A stretch of 64,000 nucleotides of DNA from a virus, in IMG/VR virus record IMGVR_UViG_3300028586_000750; one strand, written 5' to 3'. This document shows positions 38,473 through 47,298 of the stretch, piece after piece (position 1 is the stretch's first letter; every line of letters starts with the position of its first letter). The notes beneath the pieces are model-generated. The model made no database searches. It saw only the letters and a program-made list of their open reading frames with translations, and was not told the DNA's origin. The translations under genes and the position numbers were made by a program.

Positions 38473-38691
38473 TTAAAGAGCCTTGATAAGCTTTCGGATT
38501 AGTCCGTTAGTTCCGAACCTAGAACCGAAGGCACTATCAAAGAGCCTCTTTAGCTCAATCTTCTTCTCTTGGATTGACTGGTCGCTGTCCAAAATTGTAA
38601 GCGCTTTGTCAGTGATAATTCCGGACATACCGTAGAACTCATTGATGAGCGTATCTACGTTCACGTAAGTGTTGTTGAGGTTGATACTCAT
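38473..38691 (-). CDS. Hypothetical protein
   Basis: AAAGG RBS; 72 aa. Confidence 0.7.
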   Translation of the reverse strand: MSINLNNTYVNVDTLINEFYGMSGIITDKALTILDSDQSIQEKKIELKRLFDSAFGSRFGTNGLIRKLIKAL

Positions 38692-38773
38692 TCGGGTGGA
38701 TACCTTTCCTTTGTTTATGGTTCAATCATAGCATAGAAAAAGGCCCCCATGTGAGGGCCTTTTTCTATTTTTC

Positions 38774-38998
38774 TCAGACCTCGTAGAGGTAGTTGTTAAG
38801 GGGACTGTAAAGAGCCTCCAAGTCACGCATCTGCTGGGCGCGAAGGATTTCGTCCACAATTGCGTAAACGGTTCGTGCGTTGCTCTCGTTAACAACTGCA
38901 CCAGCGAAAACAGACAGGCGAATACGGGCGTTCTCGAAGTTGTCCGCGCGAACTGCGGAAATGAAGTCTTCCTTCATTGCTTCTGCGAAACCGTTCAT
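38774..38998 (-). CDS. Hypothetical protein
   Basis: AAGGAG RBS; 74 aa. Confidence 0.75.
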   Translation of the reverse strand: MNGFAEAMKEDFISAVRADNFENARIRLSVFAGAVVNESNARTVYAIVDEILRAQQMRDLEALYSPLNNYLYEV

Positions 38999-39110
38999 TG
39001 TCTTGCTCCTTGTTGTGTAGCGAACTGGGATGTTTCAAGTATACATGGACAGCAAGACTTACGCAACAACAAAAGTGCGGAACACCAATATTTCTGGTGT
39101 TCCGCACTTT

Positions 39111-39368
39111 TTAGTCTTCTACGTTCCCTGTGACAAGCACCTGGTCTGTCTTGGGAAACGCCCAACTAGTGTGTGACGTGTGAAGCACGACAGCTTCACC
39201 TTCGACCTCAATTGTTTCTACAACGAATGTTTCTACTTCTGAGGTTAGCCTTAGAACTTCTAGGTCATCACCGTCATCAGAGGTAACGTTCTCTAGAATA
39301 GGGTAAAAATCAATAAGGTCGCCAACCTTAACTTCTGTTACTGGGGTTAGTGTTCCGTCTTCCGACAT
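39111..39368 (-). CDS. Acidic SH3-like hypothetical protein
   Basis: AGGAG RBS; 85 aa. Confidence 0.7.
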   Translation of the reverse strand: MSEDGTLTPVTEVKVGDLIDFYPILENVTSDDGDDLEVLRLTSEVETFVVETIEVEGEAVVLHTSHTSWAFPKTDQVLVTGNVED

Positions 39369-39465
39369 TAAATCTCCTGTTTTATGGAATATATACTTTC
39401 ATAGTATATCAATCTTTTCCCAAGTTAGCAAGACCTAACTTGGGAAAAGACATTACTCGCAGCTA

Positions 39466-39768
39466 TTAAGCGTTGTTGTACTCGTCTTCGCTGCGAGGGC
39501 TGAACTCCCAAGCGGGACTGTCTTCCATGCCGACCTTAAAGTGCCTACGGTACTCGCTACCGTCATCGTCAATCGTGACCCAAGGCTCAGGGTCCGACCA
39601 AAGAGGGTGAACCTGCTCATCAAACTCGTCTCGCGGGTCGTACGTCCACCCGTTCCACATGACACCGTTCTCGTCAAGTCCGTCCTCGTGAGCGGTGTGA
39701 GTGCGAAACTCCTTACCATTCTCGTCAAGGGTAACCCAAGGCTCGGGGTCGCGGTTCACGGTGTACAT
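39466..39768 (-). CDS. Acidic Trp-rich protein with internal duplication
   Basis: DPEPWVTLDENGKEFR / DPEPWVTIDDDGSEYR. Confidence 0.75.
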   Translation of the reverse strand: MYTVNRDPEPWVTLDENGKEFRTHTAHEDGLDENGVMWNGWTYDPRDEFDEQVHPLWSDPEPWVTIDDDGSEYRRHFKVGMEDSPAWEFSPRSEDEYNNA

Positions 39769-39879
39769 GTTAACTCCAAAATTAGTGGGGATGAACTCTT
39801 AACTAAAGCGTACACCTGTAGAGCAGAAAGAGCAACACCAAAAAAGACAAGTTTTTGAAGAAACTGATATGCTTTACCT

Positions 39880-40299
39880 ATGGAAAAGTTTCGTATTAAC
39901 CCCTTATGGGCTGCTGTCATGTATAACGCTGGCACTGACCTTGACTCGCAAAAAGAAATTGAAGAAAATGCAAGTAAATTAGCTGCATCATTGTTTTGGC
40001 GATACGGCGAAAACAAAGCTTCTTTCAATGTTCTCGACAATCGCGGGAAAGAACAAAGCTTTTCTGGGGATGTTTTCCTAATTTCAGAACATGGAACGAA
40101 AATCCGTAATATGTTCTCGGGAACACTTATCTCAAAATGGCGAGAAAATGGAATTGAATATTCTCATATAGATACTATTTTGGTCTTGGATGCAATTTAC
40201 GATGTCCAAAAAGCAATGCAACAGATTACTGTAACTAAATCGCTCAAAGATTACCGCATCATAGATAAGCATTCATCTTCCTTGACAGAAAGTTTCTAA
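39880..40299 (+). CDS. Hypothetical protein, family A (WAA..YN) member 1
   Basis: KF.I.P.WAA..YN shared with 41539 and 42001. Confidence 0.75.
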   Translation: MEKFRINPLWAAVMYNAGTDLDSQKEIEENASKLAASLFWRYGENKASFNVLDNRGKEQSFSGDVFLISEHGTKIRNMFSGTLISKWRENGIEYSHIDTILVLDAIYDVQKAMQQITVTKSLKDYRIIDKHSSSLTESF

Positions 40300-40317
40300 A
40301 CTTTTTTGGTCAAGGTG

Positions 40318-40347
40318 TTGCGGATACCATTTTGACCGTGCTATAGT
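40318..40347 (+). promoter_or_regulatory. SigA-type promoter driving an ORF-free transcript
   Basis: TTGCGG-18-TATAGT. Confidence 0.6.
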
Positions 40348-40352
40348 AGAGA

Positions 40353-40556
40353 TATCAAGGGGGTTGTTGAACACAAACCGAACCTTGTGAGTAAGTTATT
40401 GACAAATACATATCGCGTTCAGAAGATGAAAACTTTCCTTTTCTAGTTAGTTTGTGAACTGATACCCCTCCTAAATGGTGCACCGTTTAGGGATAAAAGT
40501 GGGAGTACAGGTTAAGGAAAAAGTAATCTGCGCATTAGATATAGTTACTTACCAAA
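40353..40556 (+). ncRNA. Candidate structured ncRNA (about 200 nt)
   Basis: No ORF between promoter and terminator (40554-40585); CACAAAC/GTTTGTG and GGGG/CCCC long-range stem, plus hairpins. Confidence 0.45.
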
Positions 40557-40599
40557 AATGGCACCCTCAATGGGTGCCATTTTTGTTTGTCCAGTAGTT

Positions 40600-40989
40600 T
40601 CATTTACTGTTCTTAACTTCTTTCAGTAGTTGATAGTAGTTAACTTTTTTACGAAGTGTGTCTGGCGAGGCAGTTCGTGTTCCAAAAAGTTTGATTTGGA
40701 TACTGAAGGCTGACTTCATTATGCGTTCTTCTGAGGTTTCCCCAATAATATGAGTGTGGCCTTTATCGCCTAGTTTACGAGCCATTTTTTCAAGCAAAGC
40801 TTTTTCTGTTTCACTTTTACTGTAGCCAAAATCCATGTCACGCATATTAATTTCAACTAGCTCAACGTAAGCGGCTTCAAGCTTTTTTTGTTCCTCGTCA
40901 TTATCCCAAGGAAGATAGACGTACCCTTGTTCTAGTAACCATCTATTAATACGTGCTTTTTCAGCTAAAGACATATTAGGTATACCCAT
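40600..40989 (-). CDS. Hypothetical protein, family B member 2
   Basis: EKAR.NRWLLEQGYVYLPWDND ... KVNYYQLLK. Confidence 0.8.
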   Translation of the reverse strand: MGIPNMSLAEKARINRWLLEQGYVYLPWDNDEEQKKLEAAYVELVEINMRDMDFGYSKSETEKALLEKMARKLGDKGHTHIIGETSEERIMKSAFSIQIKLFGTRTASPDTLRKKVNYYQLLKEVKNSK

Positions 40990-41414
40990 TATTTTGCCTT
41001 CTTTTTTCTAGTCTTCGTTTTGATGTTTTTCTCTTCTTTGACCTGTTTAAGCAACTGGTAGTAGTTTACTTTTCTACGTACTTTTGCGTCAGGAAGGTTG
41101 AAGCGTTCTAAGGCGGTGATGTTAATAGACATTATTGATTTCATCATGCGTTCTTCTGATGACTCACCTAAAAGCCTAGTGACCTTTTCTTTATTCAACT
41201 TTTCTGAAAGTCCCACTATCAGCTTTCGGCGTGCTTCATCTTCTGCGTTTTCATAAGTGATGCTAGTTAAGTCTATTTCTACGAGTTCAACATATGCATC
41301 ATCTAGTTGTTTTTGAGTTTTGTCGTTATCCCAAGGAAGATAGACATAGCCTTGCTCTAGTAACCACCTGTTTACGCGAGCTTTTTCAGCCAAATTCAAA
41401 CTTATTCTTGCCAT
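40989..41414 (-). CDS. Hypothetical protein, family B member 1
   Basis: Tandem paralogue of 40600-40989. Confidence 0.8.
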   Translation of the reverse strand: MARISLNLAEKARVNRWLLEQGYVYLPWDNDKTQKQLDDAYVELVEIDLTSITYENAEDEARRKLIVGLSEKLNKEKVTRLLGESSEERMMKSIMSINITALERFNLPDAKVRRKVNYYQLLKQVKEEKNIKTKTRKKKAK

Positions 41415-41538
41415 AGTTACATCTTTCGCAATATTCCCGTTAGCAATTTTAGCATTGTTCTGATTTTCACCTGAGAATAGTTAGTATAAGCAAGTCTTAA
41501 AAAAGACGTAAATTACAAAATGCTGATATGGTTACTAT

Positions 41539-41958
41539 ATGAAAATGTTCTTAATCGATCCTATTTGGGCTGCTAAAACATATAACCCTAATGTTAATAC
41601 TAAATCTGTTGTGGATGTAACTAAAGCTGCGATAGATTTTATTACTAATCTCAAATGGTATTACTCGTCCCCAGAAATTACGCACGTACAGGCCAAAACT
41701 ACCAAGGCTGATGGAACGGAGTATGCAGGTGGGGTTAATCTTATAGGTGAAAATGGAGAAATCAGAAAATATTTCAAAGCTCCACTAATTGCATCATGGC
41801 AAGACAGCGAAGATTGTGTCATTGTTGAAATGCCTACAATTCTAATTCAGCGAAAATTATATAATGTTCGTAAAGCTATGGAGCTTTTTAATATAGAACC
41901 TGAGGAAGATATCTCTTACCTTGATATCGCTGATGAGCTTGAATACATCAAAGCTTAA
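41539..41958 (+). CDS. Hypothetical protein, family A member 2 (leaderless)
   Basis: IDPIWAAKTYNPN ... ADELEYI. Confidence 0.8.
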   Translation: MKMFLIDPIWAAKTYNPNVNTKSVVDVTKAAIDFITNLKWYYSSPEITHVQAKTTKADGTEYAGGVNLIGENGEIRKYFKAPLIASWQDSEDCVIVEMPTILIQRKLYNVRKAMELFNIEPEEDISYLDIADELEYIKA

Positions 41959-42000
41959 CCTATAAAAGACCAATTTTAGAAAACGTGATAGATTTTATTT

Positions 42001-42402
42001 ATGCAAAAATTTTATATTGATCCTATTTGGGCTGCTAAAACATATAACCCTAATATAAATGTTAACTCTGTAGAGGAAGTGTCAAAAGCTGCTAACCTCT
42101 TTATAAAAAAATTAACATGTTATTATCCTACTCCAACTGAAATTCAAATTGACATGTTTTCAGTGTGCGCGGATGGGGAAAAATTTCATGGTCCTATAGA
42201 TATAATTTCTGAAGAGGGAAACGAATTAAGAGAAAAACATAAAAGTACATTATTGTCTTCTTGGAGAATCAGAGGCATATCCCATTTCCAAATGACTAGT
42301 GGAATTATTATAGTGAAACAACCTTATGATGTAGACAAAGCTATAAAGTTACACAACTTATTGTCTACTGGCGCTGATGAGCTTGAATATATAGAGTTTT
42401 AA
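42001..42402 (+). CDS. Hypothetical protein, family A member 3
   Basis: IDPIWAAKTYNPN ... ADELEYI. Confidence 0.8.
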   Translation: MQKFYIDPIWAAKTYNPNINVNSVEEVSKAANLFIKKLTCYYPTPTEIQIDMFSVCADGEKFHGPIDIISEEGNELREKHKSTLLSSWRIRGISHFQMTSGIIIVKQPYDVDKAIKLHNLLSTGADELEYIEF

Positions 42403-42450
42403 ATGAGTGAAGCCCCACCAGTCATCTGGTGGGGCTTCACTCATTTGCGA

Positions 42451-42789
42451 TTAACGACGGCGACTGCCACCGAGGGTGAAGATAAGACCAACGATGCCAA
42501 TAATAATCCAAGCGACAGCCCAGTTGTTAGCACCAACGTTTGCAATGTCCGTGATACCGAAAGCAATTGCCCAGATGCAAAGACCAATGATTGCGATGTT
42601 GATGAGAAGGTTAATCAGAATGGTCGCAGCAATTCCGAACTCAGCCGGGGCGTCAGTCAGCGTGCTACGGCTACGCGTAACGGGAGCCAGGTAACGGTAC
42701 TGCTCACGAGGGTCAACAGGCTGAACGGGAAGGTTCTTCTTTGCCTCAGCCTTGAGAGCGGCCTCTTCGCGGGAGTTACGAACAAACAT
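42451..42789 (-). CDS. Two-TM membrane protein
   Basis: 112 aa. Confidence 0.75.
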   Translation of the reverse strand: MFVRNSREEAALKAEAKKNLPVQPVDPREQYRYLAPVTRSRSTLTDAPAEFGIAATILINLLINIAIIGLCIWAIAFGITDIANVGANNWAVAWIIIGIVGLIFTLGGSRRR

Positions 42790-42880
42790 GATTTAATCCT
42801 TTGTTTTGAAGGGAATAACTTGTTGGTAGTTCCACTATAAGCTTTCGTACGCTTACATGTCAACTATTTCGCAAAACTTT

Positions 42881-43120
42881 TTAGGTATTTGGTAGAACAG
42901 ATATTGGTTGCAAACGCTCAATAAAACGAACATGAGTAATAACGCTCAAACTAGCGTAGACGCCTAGTGTTGCAACCAAGGAGAGTGCACCAGGAAAGTC
43001 TATGTCTCTACCTAGTGTTACTAAGATGATTAGTGTAATTGCTATAGCTGCAAGAAGCAGATAAGTAGCTATAGCTAAAACTGCTAATTTTATTTGTGAT
43101 GATGCTATCTTGTTGGCCAT
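42881..43120 (-). CDS. Two-TM membrane protein
   Basis: 79 aa. Confidence 0.7.
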   Translation of the reverse strand: MANKIASSQIKLAVLAIATYLLLAAIAITLIILVTLGRDIDFPGALSLVATLGVYASLSVITHVRFIERLQPISVLPNT

Positions 43121-43238
43121 AAGTTAATTATACGATAGAACGCGGTTGCTTCCATTAATTAAAGCACTTGGGAAAAGACATTGCTTTTCAAGGAATATAA
43201 TGATAAGATAGCCAGTAGACTACTTTATAAGGAATGCA

Positions 43239-44078
43239 ATGACTACAGTATTTATGTACCCAAACGACATGTTTGCGAAAAGCCAGGTTGACGATGAATT
43301 CGTTAACGACCTTGCTGCTGCCGTTGCACTTTCTTTCCCCACTGTTTTCCTAGATGCTGAATCGCTTGAAGATGACCGAATTAAAATTCGTGGCGTTATT
43401 CCAGAAGGAAGCACTGTTATCTATCGCGGGTGGATGCTTTCACCCGAGCGTTATCAGCGTCTTAGTAATGCTGTAGAAAAGACAGGTTCAGTTCTATTCA
43501 CCACACCTGAGCAGTATTCTAAAGCTCATTTCATGTCAGGTTGGATTGATGCTCTAGGTGACTTGACCTTCAAAACCAAGCTTTATCCTGCTCCCGTTGA
43601 CATTGACGCAATTGTTGCATCTGCACCCGATTGGTCCAGTTTCTTTGTCAAGGATTATGTAAAGTCCGTTTACGGCTTTACAGGGGAAGTTGTTAAAGAT
43701 GACCTTGCTAGTTTCTTGGAAGGTTTTATGGAAGAGCATAGCTACTGGCTTGCTGGTGGTATTGCTCTTCGTGAGTTCGTAAATATCCCTGAGGATGCTG
43801 TAGAGCTTCGCGGTTGGTGGGTTAATGGGAACTGGCACTTCACACCACATCCTAAGTTCGCAAATGTAGGAAGCCTTCCTGTCGTTGATGAAGAGCTTCT
43901 TAATAACATTAATGACAAGCTAAAAACTTTGGGTGTTGCGTTTGTTAGCGCTGATTTCATTGAGATTTCTGCTGGTTCTTGGACTGTTATCGAAATTGGT
44001 GACGGACAAGTTTCAGGACTACCCCACTATGAGGATGCATCAAGAAATGACGCTGTAAATATTTATAGACTATTTTAA
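43239..44078 (+). CDS. ATP-grasp domain protein (R2K/DUF4343-like)
   Basis: YRGWML...Y..L; FFVKDYVKS; REFV; E.R.WW.NG; F.S.DF.....W..IE.GDGQVSG. Confidence 0.85.
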   Translation: MTTVFMYPNDMFAKSQVDDEFVNDLAAAVALSFPTVFLDAESLEDDRIKIRGVIPEGSTVIYRGWMLSPERYQRLSNAVEKTGSVLFTTPEQYSKAHFMSGWIDALGDLTFKTKLYPAPVDIDAIVASAPDWSSFFVKDYVKSVYGFTGEVVKDDLASFLEGFMEEHSYWLAGGIALREFVNIPEDAVELRGWWVNGNWHFTPHPKFANVGSLPVVDEELLNNINDKLKTLGVAFVSADFIEISAGSWTVIEIGDGQVSGLPHYEDASRNDAVNIYRLF

Positions 44079-44135
44079 AATAGACTAAAGGCCCCAACTC
44101 AGATTGAGTTGGGGCCTTTAGTCTTAACTAACGTT

Positions 44136-44516
44136 TTACTTAATAAGGTTCCTGCGACGAGCTTCTGCCACATACTGGGAGTAATACTTATGTCCTGAGA
44201 AGAACTCTAGAACAAACGAGACTATTGACACTGCCGAAAAGAAGCCTGTGATGAGAAGTGGGATACCCAAAATAATCCAGATACCCCAGAAGTTGAAGTT
44301 AATCTGTAAAGGCACCGCTACTGCAAGGAAAACAGCCGTTAAGAGAACAGCTACCACAGCAAGGAAGTCTTCTTCGGGAGCGCTGTGAGCGGCGAAGTGA
44401 GAATAGTGGCCTCTAGAGTTGGTTTCACTTTTGATAGTCTCAAGTAGCTCACTGTCGGACAAGCTCTTGTGATAAGAGTCTTCTTGGCCCAAGTCTTTTA
44501 AGGTAACTGTTTGCAT
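44136..44516 (-). CDS. Membrane protein
   Basis: Start MQTVTLKDL; two TM helices. Confidence 0.7.
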   Translation of the reverse strand: MQTVTLKDLGQEDSYHKSLSDSELLETIKSETNSRGHYSHFAAHSAPEEDFLAVVAVLLTAVFLAVAVPLQINFNFWGIWIILGIPLLITGFFSAVSIVSFVLEFFSGHKYYSQYVAEARRRNLIK

Positions 44517-44665
44517 AAAATTAGTGTAGCACAAGCTTCTAACTTGCGCAACCATGTGCAACTTAAAAGTTTGCGCTACATATTGATTTATACGGGTTCT
44601 TTGTGTATGCTTACTGTATTGAGCGGCACCGAATACAGCGTGTGCCACATTTGTTGGAGAATATT

Positions 44666-44896
44666 ATGAACCGCTTTTTCGCTTTTGTCGCTAGCGCTTG
44701 GATTGCTGTTGCTCTCGGAATCATTGCTGCTCTGGTAATCGTCCTGGTCAACGTTTTTGACGGCCTGAACAATGGTTGGGAGACTTCCAACACCATCTGG
44801 ATTATTGGTGCTGTTGGCGGCTTCTTCATCTGGGAAATTACAGTGGTTATCATTGCGGTTGTCTCCGCAGTGGTCACGAATAAGAACCGCTTTTAA
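44666..44896 (+). CDS. Small two-TM membrane protein
   Basis: GGAG RBS; MNRFFAF. Confidence 0.75.
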   Translation: MNRFFAFVASAWIAVALGIIAALVIVLVNVFDGLNNGWETSNTIWIIGAVGGFFIWEITVVIIAVVSAVVTNKNRF

Positions 44897-45027
44897 CTAG
44901 TAACTAGGTAAGGCCCCAAGTCATTTAAGGCTTGGGGCCTTACCTTTACCCTTTGGGAAAAGACAGTGCATATAAACAAGTGTGGCCCCTTACTAATCAG
45001 GTAAGGGGCCACACTTGGAAGGTCTAA

Positions 45028-45114
45028 CTAGATACCAAGCTCATTCATGAGAGCAATCGTCTCAGCGTCGAACTCGTCGGTCATGATGAACTCATCGTCA
45101 GTGTAAGTAGCCAT
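45028..45114 (-). CDS. Acidic micropeptide (28 aa)
   Basis: AGAAGGA RBS; MATYTDDEFIMTDEFDAETIALMNELGI; hairpin downstream. Confidence 0.6.
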   Translation of the reverse strand: MATYTDDEFIMTDEFDAETIALMNELGI

Positions 45115-45308
45115 TGTAATAGGTTTCCTTCTGTAAGTTAGTGGGTGTCTTGCTTTCTGGTTACAGCTTACATCCTTATTTTGAAGCTTGTCAACTTGAA
45201 ACGGAACTTTTTTAGAAAAAGATTTCCGGGTTTTAAGTTGCATCCAGCCATTGAGAGTGATAGAGTTCTTACATACAGCAACACCACCTAAAAACTTTGG
45301 AGAAATAA

Positions 45309-45533
45309 ATGTTCAACCCCTTCGCTTTCGGTCGTAAGAAGAACCTCACGTTCGTTCAGATTGAGGTTAAGAACCTTCAGCTTAACGATGTTGTTCGTGA
45401 AGGTGGGCACACTGCTGAGGTTGCGGAAATGAACTCGTCCGTTGCTTTCGCTGGCCACCTGAACATCAAGCTCGCTGATGGACACACGTTCCTTGCTCAG
45501 CCTTTCGAGACGATTTACCGTCAGGCTGCGTAA
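45309..45533 (+). CDS. Hypothetical protein
   Basis: GGAG RBS; 74 aa. Confidence 0.75.
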   Translation: MFNPFAFGRKKNLTFVQIEVKNLQLNDVVREGGHTAEVAEMNSSVAFAGHLNIKLADGHTFLAQPFETIYRQAA

Positions 45534-45627
45534 TAAAACATAAAGGTAATGCCCCACCAGTTATCTGGTGGGGCATTACCTTTATGACACTCCATGCTTT
45601 ATAGTTGAATTATGGTAAACTTAATAT

Positions 45628-46296
45628 ATGAAACCTATAATTTTCTTAGACTTTGATGGTGTGATCAATGCTATCCCACGTGAGCGCATTTACGTGGGGC
45701 CTGAACCAGCGGACATTCTTGATATGTACCCTTCAAAGAACTGGGAATGGAAAGACGTTACGCCTGACCTAGAAACCCATTTTGAGCTAGACCAAATCAC
45801 TACTGCGCATACTAACGGTCGTGACTACAAAATCACTTATTCTTCTGAGGTCGTAGCTGCATTACGTGAACTAATTGTTGAAGACAAAGTGCAGTTCATC
45901 TGGTTAACGACATGGCGTGAAGATGCTATGTCTAAGTTGAACCCTATTCTTGGTTTCCCTAACGACAAAACATCTAGTTTGCAGTGGTTTGATACTTCTA
46001 TCAGTCACACAAACCCTCAAATGGGTAAATATTACGGGATGATTGACTACTTTGAAAAACTTGAACGCGATAACGTTGATTTAGACGGAACATCCATTGT
46101 CTGGGTTGATGATGTAGCTACAATTGGGTTTGTTGATTTGACTGATAAAGAGAAAAAGTTCCGTATTGAGCATTATGCTGCTTCACCAGTTCTTTTATAC
46201 CCTTCTCTTGTAGTTAAACCAGATATGCATTTTGGTATTTCTCGTGCTGAATTGAAAAGCATTCAGGATTTTGTTGAAGAGCAGAACAAGCGATAA
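45628..46296 (+). CDS. HAD-superfamily phosphatase (Swiss Army Knife RNA-repair-like)
   Basis: IFLDFDGVIN, WLTTWR, K, VWVDD. Confidence 0.85.
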   Translation: MKPIIFLDFDGVINAIPRERIYVGPEPADILDMYPSKNWEWKDVTPDLETHFELDQITTAHTNGRDYKITYSSEVVAALRELIVEDKVQFIWLTTWREDAMSKLNPILGFPNDKTSSLQWFDTSISHTNPQMGKYYGMIDYFEKLERDNVDLDGTSIVWVDDVATIGFVDLTDKEKKFRIEHYAASPVLLYPSLVVKPDMHFGISRAELKSIQDFVEEQNKR

Positions 46297-46305
46297 CCGA
46301 GTGGT

Positions 46306-46503
46306 TTAGATTTCCGCGCTTTCGCCATATGCGATAGCGCGGCTTTCTTTACGGGCAATGGACATTAGCTCAAGCACTGCTTTGGCTGCAATAATCTTCT
46401 TATCTTGGACAGTGTTCCCGTTCCATGATACTGATTGCTTAGCTAAGTATTTTGCTTCGTCAAGGTCGATTGTTAATGTGTTGGTTGGGCCTGAATATTT
46501 CAT
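46306..46503 (-). CDS. Hypothetical protein
   Basis: 65 aa ORF. Confidence 0.65.
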   Translation of the reverse strand: MKYSGPTNTLTIDLDEAKYLAKQSVSWNGNTVQDKKIIAAKAVLELMSIARKESRAIAYGESAEI

Positions 46504-46576
46504 AGTTCTAGTTTAACCCAAAAATTATTGTCGTTAAAGAATAAGATGATTTCAAACTTAATGCTAAACTTTCTAC

Positions 46577-46912
46577 ATGAAAAACATTATATTAACTGGT
46601 ACCCCAGTTTCTTTGCCTGAACACATGCGACAACTTTCTATTCATGATGCGCCTCTTGATGTAGTGGTCTATATGCCTTTTGATAACCTTTATGTTGATG
46701 GCAATTATGGGCTATGGGTTAGCCCTGATGATGGTTTTTATGACCTTGAGGACATTGAGGATGAAGAAGAAGATTTCGTTGCAGTCACTCGCCATGAAGA
46801 AGGTTTTGAAATTTGGGTTAGCATACTTGACCAATTTACTGTTGACCGTACAGCCACCTTTGAAAAGTTTCTTCCTGTTATCCGTTTGAACTTAGCGGAT
46901 GAAGAAGACTAA
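46577..46912 (+). CDS. Acidic hypothetical protein (leaderless)
   Basis: TAAACT + 6 nt + ATG. Confidence 0.7.
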   Translation: MKNIILTGTPVSLPEHMRQLSIHDAPLDVVVYMPFDNLYVDGNYGLWVSPDDGFYDLEDIEDEEEDFVAVTRHEEGFEIWVSILDQFTVDRTATFEKFLPVIRLNLADEED

Positions 46913-46975
46913 CCCTTTGGGAAAAGACAAGTAAGGCCCCACCAGATGACTGGTGGGGCCTTACTTTATTGTGTG

Positions 46976-47110
46976 CTACTCAGCGAGGATACCACTGGCA
47001 CCCGACACGCTCACAATAGCGGTTGCGTTGGTGTCCTCCACCGTTGCAACAGCCGGAGTGGCCGTGGTAAGGGCAAGAACAAAAACGATGCTAGCTCCGA
47101 AGACCTTCAT
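46976..47110 (-). CDS. Small secreted peptide precursor (44 aa)
   Basis: AAGGA RBS; MKVFGASIVFVLALTTATPAVA signal peptide plus 22-aa tail; hairpin downstream. Confidence 0.55.
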   Translation of the reverse strand: MKVFGASIVFVLALTTATPAVATVEDTNATAIVSVSGASGILAE

Positions 47111-47298
47111 GATGTTTTCCTTTCTCAGTGGTTTTTCTCTCTAACAACAAGTATACGGGTTTACCCCATCAAGTGCAACCTTTTGGGCCATTCATTTGGA
47201 CATATTTGATAACAAAAGTTCACTTGGTTTTCTGGCCATGAACCGGGTTTTCTACAAACACTGATTATAGATATGTAGAAAACATCCGAGGGGAACAC

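Noticed and set aside
39412-39422. Reverse-strand copy of the polar motif
   Set aside because: It is a one-mismatch copy (ATCTTTTCCCA) that is simply the left arm of a hairpin whose right arm contains the 39441 copy.
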